Shown here: piece after piece, positions 29,940-44,317 of the stretch
Numbering within the stretch: position 1 is the first letter of the stretch
Layout: each line of letters starts with the position of its first letter
NCBI GenBank assembly: GCA_964016885.1
Contig: OZ024742.1
Span: 319,424,001-319,488,000 of the forward strand
Source: Eledone cirrhosa
Lineage: Eukaryota
Direction of reading: 5' to 3'
DNA length: 64,000 nt
Notes under the pieces: generated by a model
The model's input: the letters and a program-made list of their open reading frames with translations, nothing else
What the model was told of the DNA's origin: nothing
Database searches by the model: none
Translations under genes and position numbers: made by a program

Positions 29940-32766
29940 TTATCTCCAGCCTGTATAGGTTGGCCACTGGTGTAAGAGGGAGTTTGTTGGTGCTGCCCTT
30001 AGGTTTCCCTCATGCCTTGCTGTGGGCTCATCCGGGATCCTGGATAACAAGGTGTCGAGATGTTTCTTGAAGACATCCACCTCCACGTCATGCAAATCTC
30101 TCAGGTCCCTCGCCAGCTCGTTGAAGAGTTGAGGGCCCTTGAATCCCAGGCTATTGTAATACCTGCTCCTTATTCTAGATATGGAAGACGGGACCTTTGG
30201 CACCACACAGTGATGTCCTTTAGCCTCTCCCCAGTAGCTTGTCTCCTTCATCGTGGCAATCCTCTTGGTGTAGCTTCGCTGGATTGCCTCAAGCTCCGTG
30301 GTTAGTTTGATACTATGGGGTGACCACAACTGGAGCAGTAGTCCAGGCGGCTTAGGACAAATGTCCTCCATAGTGTCAACATGGTGTCTCGGTCTCTTGT
30401 CCGGAAACTCCTCAAAATCCAGCCAGCGAGTCGTCTGCACATTGTCGCCACTTTCATGATGTGTGAAGAAAAAGATGCATCATCGCTCATGTCTATGCCC
30501 AGGTCTCATATCGATTTTGACATGGGGATATCGGTCCCTCCTGGTCCTGTGGTAGTTGTGTTGTATTATATTTGTGTTTGCAGGTTTGTTTGGAGGTTTG
30601 TATTGTAGGGCTTGGAATTTGCCAGCATTAAACTGCATGTTGTTTTCTTCCGGCCATTTGTATATGGCATCGAGATCCTGCTGTAAAAGGGCAGCATCAG
30701 CCGGGTTTTTGATTGCCTGTGCTACCTTAGTGTCATCAGCATAGCTAGTGAGGGATGTTGCTGTATCTACTACAGAGGGCATGTCTGAGAGAGCCACCAA
30801 AAACAGTAGTGGTCCCAGGACTGTCGCTTGGGGCACCCCACTTGTTATTGGTGTTTCCTTTGAGAGGGCCCCATTTGCTGCGACTGCCTGGCTTCTGTCC
30901 TTTAGGAAGTCATGCAGCCACTCACCTACTTTTCCAGTTATGCGGAGTCCATGTAGTTTGTGACATATCATTCCGTGGCCGACCTTGTCAAAGGCCTTCG
31001 CAAAATCAAGATATATCACGTCCACATGTGAGCTGTCTAGTAATTGTTTCAGTACCCAGTCGTAGTGATGTAGCAGCTGTGTAAAGGAGCTTCTTCCTGG
31101 GCGGAAGCCATGTTGCGTGCTAGTCAGGCAGTCATTTTCCTCGAGGAAAGTGATCAGTTTCTTTCTGACGACCCGCTCCATGACCTTAGTGATATGCGAC
31201 GTCAGAGAGACTGGCCTATAGTTTTTGCCCTCCGCTCTGCTACCTCCTTTATGGATAGGGCATATTGTGCCTTCTTTCAGCTCCCTGGGTAGTACACCGC
31301 TAGCCAAGGAGCTTCTGAAGAGCATCTTCAGTGGAGTTGCTAAGGCCCGCTTACATATTTTTAAGAGAACTGCTGGGAATCCATCAGGTCCAGCAGCCGA
31401 ATCTGTTCTAATTTCATCAATGGCGTACACCACATCCTCCTCCGTTATGTCTATGTGGTTGATGGTTGCCATTTCTTCATGTAGTGTTGTGGCATCAAAG
31501 AGCTCCTCTGGCTTCGTTATTTGCATGTGCCTCAGTGGACATGTGAACACACTTTTGTACTGTTCGTTCAGTATTTCACATATCTCTTGGGGGTTTTCGG
31601 TTAATGAACCGTCCATGTGGAAGAGTGGCCCAATCTTGCAGTGTACTGAGGCAGTTTCTTTTGCAAATTTAAAGAAGGCCCTAGGGTTTGTTTTAATGTT
31701 TTCTATGGCCCTGTTCTCTTTCTTTGCCCTCTCATTCTCATGGGAAAGCTTGAGTGCAATCTCGGTGTCAAGTAGTGCACGTTTCAAATAGGATTCCTTC
31801 TTGTTTTTGTTTTGTTGACTATTCAACTGGTTTGAGAGTTTAGTTCTACGTCTCATAAGGATTTTCCTATCTCTGGGAATAAGATTTTTGTGTCTGTTTG
31901 CCTCTTTCTCCGGGACAAACTTTTTGCATATAGTGTGTATCGTTGTCATGAAGTGTTGAAATTGTGTGGCGGTGTTTTCACTCCATGTTTGCTTCTGGAT
32001 TTCTCTCTTAATCTTTTTCCAGTTAGCCTTATAGAAGTTAAGGCTGGATAGCGTCCCGGAGCTTCTTGGTGGTTTTGTCTCTGTTGGTTCTCTTGGACCA
32101 CATATCATTAGCTCTACTTAGTTATGATCCGAGAGAATTGTTGGTGTCACCTTTACATTGTGGATGAGCACTTCGTTGTTTGTAAAACAGAGGTCCAGGA
32201 CATTTTCGCCTCTTGTTGGGAGGAGTATTGCTTGCTCCATGAACAGTCTGCGTGTGAGGGCCAGCAGGGATTCCGTCCGTCTCTGTTCTATTGACGTCAT
32301 TCCAGGGAGGAGGTGGCCCTCAGGCCATTTGACCTTTGGTAGGTTGAAGTCTCCCAGCAGTAGGATGTTGAGACCCTGGTCCAGTTTGTCAAGGACCTCT
32401 TCTATCCTACTTAGGCTATCCTCAAATTTACCTCATGACTGGGGGCATCGGGCGGCCGATATGTGACACATATTACTGTCTGTAGTTGCTTCATATGTAT
32501 TATCAGTGTGTCACAGACTGAGTTTGAATGTGTCAACAGTACAATTGGTGTGACATCTTCACGGATATACAGAGCAACCCCACCATGAGTTCTCTCCTTC
32601 CTGTCCGAACGAAATACAGTATATTTCGGTATATCTATTTCTACATCTGCTATACTGCTTGTCAGGTGCGTTTCAGTTAGTGCCATGCATAGTGCTTGAT
32701 TGCTTATGGCTAAGTCTCCCAGGTAGGAAATTTTACTCATGTTACTGAGTTTCACCAGGCCTCTGA

Positions 32767-32771
<5 letters not shown>
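29940..32771 (-). mobile_element. CR1-type LINE ORF2 (APE endonuclease + RT), frameshifted
   Basis: NVRGL..ALTETHL, YRPP, LDLCFTN..SDHN, NYRPVSLTS, YLDFAKAFDKV, SGVPQ..LGPLLF, YADDTK, LDYCS. Confidence 0.92.
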
Positions 32772-34176
<1,405 letters not shown>

Positions 34177-34333
34177 TGGAATAAATGCTCTGAAATAGCG
34201 ATATATATGTGAATATAGACATAGAATATTCGAAAATATTCTGTATGTTTATAATAAACATTTTGAAGACGTAATCGCTATAGAATAGAATACGTCACGT
34301 ATTACAATTAGATTCTCGATAAAAGCAAGGGAA

Positions 34334-34376
34334 GTAATCTACGCGTTTCATTCTCGTTAGAAATCATCAGGACTAC
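34334..34376 (-). ncRNA. Minimal type I hammerhead ribozyme
   Basis: Reverse complement is GTAGTC CTGATGA TTTCTAACGAGAAT GAAA CGCG TA GATTAC. Confidence 0.8.
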
Positions 34377-34788
34377 ATATCCAGTGCTTTTATCGAGAAT
34401 GACACAGCTAGAGACTTATAGAATACTTAGCTGTGTACAGGAACTGGTTTGAAAGAGCGGTTGCCGGTCCGGCAGAAATTAGAAATTGGAATAAATGCTC
34501 TGAAATAGCGATATATATGTGAATATAGACATAGAATATTCGAAAATATTCTGTATGTTTATAATAAACATTTTGAAGACCTAATCGCTATAGAATAGAA
34601 TACGTCAAATATAAAATATTTTCGAATATTCTATGTCTATATTCACATATATATCGCTATTTCAGAGCATTTATTCCAATTTCTAATTTCTGCCGGACCG
34701 GCAACCGCTCTTTCAAACCAGTTCCTGTACACAGCTAAGTATTCTATAAGTCTCTAGCTGTGTCATTCTCGATAAAAGCACTGGATAT

Positions 34789-34831
34789 GTAGTCCTGATG
34801 ATTTCTAACGAGAATGAAACGCGTAGATTAC
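34789..34831 (+). ncRNA. Minimal type I hammerhead ribozyme
   Basis: Stem I GTAGTC/GATTAC, core CTGATGA, stem II TTCT-AACG-AGAA, GAAA, palindromic ACGCGT, GTA cleavage triplet. Confidence 0.82.
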
Positions 34832-35098
34832 TTCCCTTGCTTTTATCGAGAATCTAATTGTAATACGTGACGTATTCTATTCTATAGCGATTAGGTCTTC
34901 AAAATGTTTATTATAAACATACAGAATATTTTCGAATATTCTATGTCTATATTCACATATATATCGCTATTTCAGAGCATTTATTCCAATTTCTAATTTC
35001 TGCCGGACCGGCAACCGCTCTTTCAAACCAGTTCCTGTACACAGCTAAGTATTCTATAAGTCTCTAGCTGTGTCATTCTCGATAAAAGCACTGGATAT

Positions 35099-35141
35099 GT
35101 AGTCCTGATGATTTCTAACGAGAATGAAACGCGTAGATTAC
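35099..35141 (+). ncRNA. Minimal type I hammerhead ribozyme
   Basis: Identical to 34789-34831. Confidence 0.82.
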
Positions 35142-35408
35142 TTCCCTTGCTTTTATCGAGAATCTAATTGTAATACGTGACGTATTCTATTCTATAGCGA
35201 TTAGGTCTTCAAAATGTTTATTATAAACATACAGAATATTTTCGAATATTCTATGTCTATATTCACATATATATCGCTATTTCAGAGCATTTATTCCAAT
35301 TTCTAATTTCTGCCGCACCGGCAACCGCTCTTTCAAACCAGTTCCTGTACACAGCTAAGTATTCTATAAGTCTCTAGCTGTGTCATTCTCGATAAAAGCA
35401 CTGGATAT

Positions 35409-35451
35409 GTAGTCCTGATGATTTCTAACGAGAATGAAACGCGTAGATTAC
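35409..35451 (+). ncRNA. Minimal type I hammerhead ribozyme
   Basis: Identical to 34789-34831. Confidence 0.82.
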
Positions 35452-35574
35452 TTCCCTTGCTTTTATCGAGAATCTAATTGTAATACGTGACGTATTCTAT
35501 TCTATAGCGATTAGGTCTTCAAAATGTTTATTATAAACATACAGAATATTTTCGAATATTCTATGTCTATATTC

Positions 35575-37006
<1,432 letters not shown>

Positions 37007-38651
37007 AGGGAGAAAAGAATAATGAATTGAGGATGAATAATCTAGCGTAAAAAAAAATGTATATGTTAACGAAGGATTTTACAAGGTGATATAGAGTAAG
37101 AGTAATGAGTAAACAAGTATTATAGAATGTATAATAACCTTTGAAATAAGGTAGAAAGATGGGTATATTTTTAAAAGAAGTGTATATATATGTGCCTTTG
37201 AGAAAAAGATTCTAAATTGATAAAGAATTGAATATTAGCTGTATACTTTGTGAAATGTCTTATGGAATTTATGCAAGCAGATAGAAAACAAATCTGTACG
37301 TCTATTTATTATAGAATCTAGATTAGAGATAATGGTAAATTTTTCATTTAGACAGAGATTGCAGATTTTGGATAGAGAACTGTTCAAGTATAAAGACGCA
37401 GAAGAAACCTTCCAAAAGATGCTATATTTAATGTTTTTGTCTTTCAAGGACCATATGAGTTCTGAGAGAGCCGTGTTGGTTCTTTTAAGTTTGTATTTAA
37501 AAGATGAATGATGGTTATAAAGACGAGCTTTAAAAGAGGTGGAAGTGGAGCCAAAATAGGTGAAGGAATTGATGTCAGTTATAACTTTACATTCGTAAAT
37601 TAAGTTTTTATCAAGACAATGGTTGTTGAGAGGACATTTATTTTTAATAGGGCAGTTGCAATTAGAGAGATTATTAATGAGTGACCTAGTGTTATCTATA
37701 GAAGGAATTGGATTGGAGAAGTTGTTTGCGATAGGAATAATAGTTTCTTGATTTAGAGTGGGATTATGAACATTTAGCGAAGTTGTGTTTGACGTATTTG
37801 GGTTTGTAGAAATTAGCCTAGGGTTTACAATGACGTCGGGAGTACTATTATTATGAAATTCAGTGTTGGAAGGAAGAGATTTAGTATTTTATTGTTGTGT
37901 TTAGAGATAATGTTGGAAATGTTGGAGGATGTAGAATAAGAAAATTTTATGGTGTGTTTGTTAAATATTTTACTATAGATATGTGAGGGAGGGAAGCATT
38001 TATTTAAGGCACTAAAGAATAATTTAGGAATATTGTTATTAATAGAGATGGAGAAAGGAGCATTATACCAGATTATGTTTTTGTATCTAGGTCTTTTATT
38101 AAAGTTATTGGAATGATCATGATTAATTATTCTACTGTAAGTTCTTCTAGAATTTGTTTCTTTACTATATTTGATTTTATCAGGATAGCCGGCTTTAGAA
38201 AGCGCGTTATTATAGTAATTGGCGTTAGCATCAAAGATGTTTTTATTAGAAGATAGGTTAGATATTCTTTTTCCAATATTACTAACTATAGCATTCTTGA
38301 TATATTAGTAGGGTTAGATTTAAAGTTAACATAATTTAGGTTCTCATTGTTTTTATGGTAAGGGTAATATAGGCCAGTGTCAAGATTAAGAGATACATCC
38401 AAGAAATTAGCTAGTTTGATACTGTTATCAAATTCAATTTTTAGGTTATGTTGGTTAAAGAGATTACGTATATTGTTCTTAATAATATTAAGGTTAACTA
38501 TATTGCAATTTAAGATAGTAAAGAGTCCATCGTCACGATAAATTCCACCGCGAAGTTGAGGAATTTTCCGACTCAAAGAGTTCAAAATAAAGATACCAAT
38601 TAAATCAGTCAATTGGGATGAATCGGATGCTCCCATTGTGATGTCGAATAA
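37007..38651 (-). mobile_element. Penelope-like element, 5'-truncated, probably Naiad-type (RT C-half + GIY-YIG)
   Basis: FDITMGASD..GGIYRDDGL..FLDVSL..YHK; linker CNCPIKNKCPLNNHC; LIYEC..YFGST..FKARLYNH..TALSELIW..CNLCLNEK. Clade label is tentative. Confidence 0.85.
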
Positions 38652-39024
38652 CCAGATCACTTTCAAGATCTCAACAGAGATTGCCCACAAGAAACTGGAC
38701 GAAAAAACGATCTAAACCTGAAAGCAAACCTAGGTCATTTTCCCAGATTGTTAAAAATAATGCTAACAGGAAGAAAAATAATATACAGAATACCAAAAAT
38801 AGGACAAAATACATAACGAAACCAAATATAATATCACAACCAAAAGTTCATCAAGCGAACACCAACAGGAATATAAATCCTGAACAGAGAAAAATCCATT
38901 TTTTAACGTCAGGACAACAAAAACCGGAAAAAGAAAAACTCCAGGAGTAAACATACACAAAACAGCTGTACACGTAGATCCTAAAATAATTAATTTATCT
39001 AAAAGAGATCTTGACAATGATGAA

Positions 39025-41205
39025 ATGCAAATTCTGTCAATGGGACTGAAATTCACACCGACTCCAACAGTCAACCACCAAGAACTGAAGGAGGATACCC
39101 AAGAATTCTGTCGAAAATTACGTCTTGTAGAATTCTTCGCTGATAAAAATAATGAGAGTGATGAATCACTAGTAAAGAATAAATCAAATTTCACTCCGCC
39201 AAAAGGAAGAAATATCTATCTCGACCAATACATTGACATCCTGTCTAAATTTCCTCTTAGACATAATACTAATGTTAGGCCAAACATTAACAAATCAGAA
39301 ATGTCTGCACTTAAACGTATACAAAATGATAAAACAATAATAATTAAACAAGCAGATAAAGGGGGTGCAGTTGTTATAATGGATACTGAATACTACAAGG
39401 ATTTGGTTGAGGAACAACTGAAAGACACAACATTCTATCATGAAATACCGTCAAATATAGACCACAACATCATGAAGAAGATCAACAACCTGGCTTCAAA
39501 ATACCACAACTCATTTACTGATAAGGAAAGAGACTACATCACCAATTTTGAGCCGAAACCCAGCAACCTGTATGGCCTACCGAAAGTTCATAAGTCAAAA
39601 GAAATACAACTGGCAGTAAGAGAACAAAACAGTGAGTACATTAAATTATTACACCCAAAAGACTTAAAACTTAGACCTATTATAGCTGGTCCAACATGCC
39701 CCACCCACCGTCTAAGCAATTTTGTTGACATTATTTTGAAACCACTATGTATTCACATACCCAGTTTCATCCGGGATGATATCGACTTCCTGTCCCATCT
39801 TCCCAAAACCACGGAAACGAATTCACTTCTACTCAGTTTTGATGTGGTAAGCCTTTACACCAACATTACACATGATTTAGGAATAAAGGCGGTTAAATAC
39901 TGGGTGGAAAAACATAGAGAAGTGATTCCCATTAGATTCACAGCGCCATTTATATTAGACGCAGTTAAACTTATTCTGGAAAACAACACTTTCTTCTTCA
40001 ATGGAAAGAATTACATCCAAATTAGAGGCACAGCGATGGGAACGAAGTTTGCTCCCGTTTACGCGAACTCTGTAATGGGATACTTAGAACAACAACTCTA
40101 CCAAGAAATAGAGGAAAAATATAGTACTGACTTTAGAAAGTACATTGAAAAATCTTGGAAGAGATACCTTGACGACTGTTTCATCATCGGGACAGAATCT
40201 CTAGATACTCTGTTCAATATCCTCCTGAATAACCTACACCTATCTCTCCAATTCACAAAAGAGATGAGTAGGACCAAATTACGATTCCTAGATATAATGA
40301 TAATCAAAAACGACACCACCATTACCACGGATATATATTATAAACACACAGACACCCATCAATATCTGAATTTTAAGTCGTGCCATCCACCTCATACAAA
40401 ACGCAACATCCCATACTGCCTAGCCAGAAGAATTTGTACCATTGTAGAAGATACGAATACCAGGTACAAACACCTCACAGAACTAAGAGAATTTTTGCTC
40501 AAACAAAACTACCCATCTCTACTTATGGAAAATGGCATACAGCGGGCTATAAAAATACCTATACAACAACTTAGAACAACCCAAGGAAGAAGAAACCAAG
40601 AACTGGTCATACCATTTATAATGACACACAACCCATGTCACCAGAATATCTTCAACACTGCCAAAGCAAACTTACCGATCATTGCTCAAAGTAATGAATT
40701 AAAAGGCTTAATCACAGATCGATCTTTGACTCTTAGTAAAAGACAGCCAAAAAATTTGAAGCAATTACTAACAAAAGCAAAGTTTGACCTTAACAACAAA
40801 GACCAATCATTCACTGTATCTAAATGTAATGATAGTCGATGCGGCACATGACAATCCATACACGCCGGTCAATATATGAAAACAAAAACTGGAAAAATAT
40901 TCCCAAATGCAAATATGAACTGCAAAAGCAGAAATCTAATTTACTGCATTAAATGCCCGAATTGTGAAGAACTATATGTCGGTCAAACTGGAAATGCACT
41001 ATCGGAACGTGCACGGGTACACCATCAACAAATCAGAGACCCAAATGTCCTTCAGATACCCCTAAGCGGCCACCTGGCAACATGTGGTCAGGGAATATTT
41101 ATAATATTCCCATTCTACAAATTACACAGCCCAAGTGAAATCAAGAGAAAAATCAAAGAAAAGAATTTTATTGATAAATTCAAACCCAAGCTAAACGAAC
41201 AATAA
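39025..41205 (+). pseudogene. Penelope RT-GIY-YIG ORF interrupted by an in-frame TGA at 40849-40851
   Basis: ORFs 39025-40851 and 40876-41205 share one frame with no other stop between them. Confidence 0.85.
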
Positions 41206-41567
41206 TAACGCTTAGGGGCATTACTTCAACTACCACTAACAACAACAACAACAACAACAACAATAATAATAAAAGTGATGTTGATGGTGATGATCAATAG
41301 AAAATGCTATTTTCATCATTTCTAAAAATAGCAAAACAATTGATGCTTTGGATATGATCATTGGTCGTTAGTATGCTCAACCAGCCGTGACGCTTAAACC
41401 AATCAGCTCTAGTAATTCAGTGAAACTACACACTGATTGGTCGAAATACAGTTTACAGGGCTTAGCATTCTGGAGCCACTTTTCTCTGTATAAAATGTAT
41501 AAAAGGTAGGAAATTTACCCATCTCATTACAGTTGAAAATTGCAAACTCGACTGTCACCACATATTA

Positions 41568-41606
41568 TGAACCTGAAGATTGCGAAAGCATGAAAGTACT
41601 TGTTCA
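41568..41606 (+). ncRNA. Minimal type I hammerhead ribozyme in the Penelope 3' region
   Basis: TGAAC CTGAAGA TTGC-GAAA-GCAT GAAA GTAC TT GTTCA; stem I TGAAC/GTTCA, palindromic AGTACT. Confidence 0.78.
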
Positions 41607-41770
41607 ATTAACACTTAGAATTTAATATTCTATCATACTATTTCATTATAATACCATTATATATTTTAAAGGATTGTAAATAAAACGAGTAAATCAGACA
41701 AAGTTGGAATTCCTCTTATTAATATAATCTTCTATACACAATCATACACACCCGTGTATATTTACCTATC

Positions 41771-41819
<49 letters not shown>

Positions 41820-41834
41820 GTATATATATATATC

Positions 41835-42691
41835 TATCTATCTAAGGCGGGTAAAATTCCCGAGATCCATGGACGAGTTCTCTCCAGCGGTCTCTGTCCC
41901 TCATTATCGCTGCCTTGTCCTGCATCTCCAACAGATCAGTGTCTGTCCTTAGGGCATCAACATACGTTAACCTTGGTCTTCCTCTTCTAGTGTGTCCATG
42001 TAGGGGCTCCCACAGGAGCACTGAGTGCAATGTCAACTCTGGATGTTGGTGAGCACGTCCAGCCAACCTCAGTCTCCTCTGTGCCACTTTTGAGCTGACA
42101 TTTGGGATGCTCCCATACAGCTCTGACTTTTTCATCCTCAGTGTATACTGATTAATGTTCAGAGCCATCCTCAGCATTCTCGTGTAGCACCCATCCACCA
42201 TCTGAGTGAGTTTCTTGGTCTGTGTCCAAGTCTCAGACCCATACAGCAGCACAGACTCCACTACAGCAATGAAGGGAGATCTCTCTAACACCAACAACTA
42301 CCGGGGGATCTCACTGACGTCACTTGTGGCAAAGACCCTCAACAGGATGATTCTTAACAGGATCCAGCCTGAGATGGAGAAGAAGCTCAGGGACAACCAG
42401 AACGGCTTCAGAGAGGGTAGATCAACCACCAGTCACATCCTGTGGGGCTGAGAATGAATGAGACTAAAACAAAATATCTGGTAGAGAATGTTGAGAAGCC
42501 AGAGGGGATCACTAATGTAGGCGGGAGGCCGCTGGGATTGGTTGAGGACTTCCTGTATTTGGGAGCAAAGATTGGGAATACGGAAGATGATGTGGTTGAG
42601 AGGAAGAGCAAGGCCTGGCCGGCGTGCCACAGCTTGAGATCGGTGTGGAAATCGGACCTTCGTAGAGACCTGAAAATCAGCCTCTTCATTG

Positions 42692-42696
<5 letters not shown>
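41835..42696 (-). mobile_element. RTE-group LINE fragment with 5' inversion, in (TA)n
   Basis: Minus part FIAVVESVLLYGSETW..RRLRLAG..RGRP plus (TAGA)n tail; plus part KGDLS..NYRGISL..QNGFREGRST joined to GLRMNETKTK..FLYLG..LFIAV. Confidence 0.88.
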
Positions 42697-42749
<53 letters not shown>

Positions 42750-42753
<4 letters not shown>

Positions 42754-44317
42754 GTTAGAATATGTGTAATAAGGCCAAGACAATGCAGATATGGACATAG
42801 AAAAAGAATGCAATAGTGAGAGATATTGATGAGAATTCGTCTTTCACCTTGAATTTATTTAAATGTCCTTAATTTTCGAGATAATATCTCTTCTTCGGAG
42901 GGAAGTAAAAGTCTCAGACCAGCGTCTAAATTTCCAATGAAGCCATGCTGACCGGAAATAGTATAGAGTTCTAACTTTAATATCAAAGAATTAAAATTAG
43001 GTGGGTAAAGAGTAGTCTCCCTTTAAGAGGGGTTTGTTTATGTTTTTGTTGTGTTTTTTAAATTTTATATGCGTGCCTGTATATGTGTGTGGGAGAAAGC
43101 ATGAAGGTGTAGGTATGTGTGTGTGTGAGTGTGGGAAGATAGGTCTAATCGTAAAAGTGGGGGGTAGGTGTTATCTGGTGTTAGAACTGGTTTTGTGTGT
43201 GTATGTGTGAGAGAGAATAAGTGGAGGTGTGTGCGTGCGTGTGTGTGGGGTGTGTAAAGTGGGGCTAGAGGCCCTATCAGGTTATAAATTGGGTGTTGAG
43301 CTCTAGTCTATTATTGATTGGTGGATGTGTTCTATCTATAATGAGTGCTTCCTTGATTCTAAGATTACCGAGGTTTCTTTCTTTAGTTTCTATCCTAACT
43401 GTTATGTTTTTATCAGTGTTTTTGCATTTAACTAGGTGTTTCTTAAATGAGGAAGCGTTAGTATTGAGGTGTTCTTTTATTCTTATGTGGAGTGGTCTGG
43501 TGGTGCTACCTACGTAGAAGTTGTTGCATTTGTCACACTCTAGTCTGTAAACTACGTAAGCCTGGTGGCATAGGTCTGTGTCGTTGATGGGGCAGTTGGC
43601 TAGTCTGCAGCAGTTGTCATGTCTGGTGGAGTGTCTCTTAGCTAGCCGTCCACGCAAAGAAGGACCCGAATGGGCCAGTTGAATATCCAGACCTTCTCGT
43701 CTGATGGCTCTGCGGATGGCTGTTGTTGTTTCTTCACTGAAGTGTGGGAGCTTCAGGAAGCAAGTGTTAGTGCCTCGGGTGTGGTGTCCTCTGTTCTTTC
43801 TGGCACGGTTTGTGGTGGATGTCGTGTATCCGTTCAGTTTGAGTACTTCCAGGAAATGTGTGGTGTGTGTGTCTCGGTCTCTGGCGTCGGTGCATTTGTT
43901 CTTGATACGTGCCAGTTCGTTCTTTATGTATCCGAACTTGGCACCGAGTGGGAGGGCCGATCTGAAATGTACGAACAGGTCCCTGCTGGCGGATTTTTTA
44001 TAGAAGCAGGTGTGGATGTTGCCTTCCTCTGTTACCCTGAGTTGGAAGTCCAGCAGGGATAGGGATCCGCGGTCATCGGGGTGTTCTATGCTGAACTTTA
44101 TACTGGTGTCCGTGCTGGAGAATGTTGTGTATATTTTCTCTGCCTCTTCACGGGATGATGTAAGGATGAGTATGTCATCTACATATCGGGTGAAGAAGGC
44201 ATGGGAATGGCAGGTGTTGAGGGCTCGGCATTCTAGCTGGTTCATGTAAGTGATGGCCAGCAGGCCAGAGAGGCTGGATCCCATGGGTAATCCTGTTGTC
44301 TGTCTGTATGTGTGACA
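42750..44317 (-). mobile_element. Penelope-like element, 5'-truncated, Penelope/Poseidon-type (RT C-half + GIY-YIG)
   Basis: YRQTTGLPMGSSLS, RYVDD, LLD, VVYRLECDKC..YVGSTTR..RIKEH, EALII..P.IN; stop at 43277. Clade label is tentative. Confidence 0.9.
42866..42903 (-). ncRNA. Degenerate hammerhead-like motif at the Penelope 3' end
   Basis: Reverse complement TCCCT CCGAAGA A GAGAT-ATT-ATCTC GAAA AT TA AGGA; CCGA core variant, weak stem I. Confidence 0.45.

Larger units (their letters stand above)
38652..41753 (+). mobile_element. Penelope-like element, probably Neptune-type, nearly complete ORF
   Basis: IINLS..GLKFTP, ADKGG, YGLPKVHK, RPII, FDVVSLYT, GTAMGT, RYLDD, FLD, then C-x4-C-x2-(TGA) and LIYCIKC..YVGQT..R..H (GIY-YIG). 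Confidence 0.92.
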
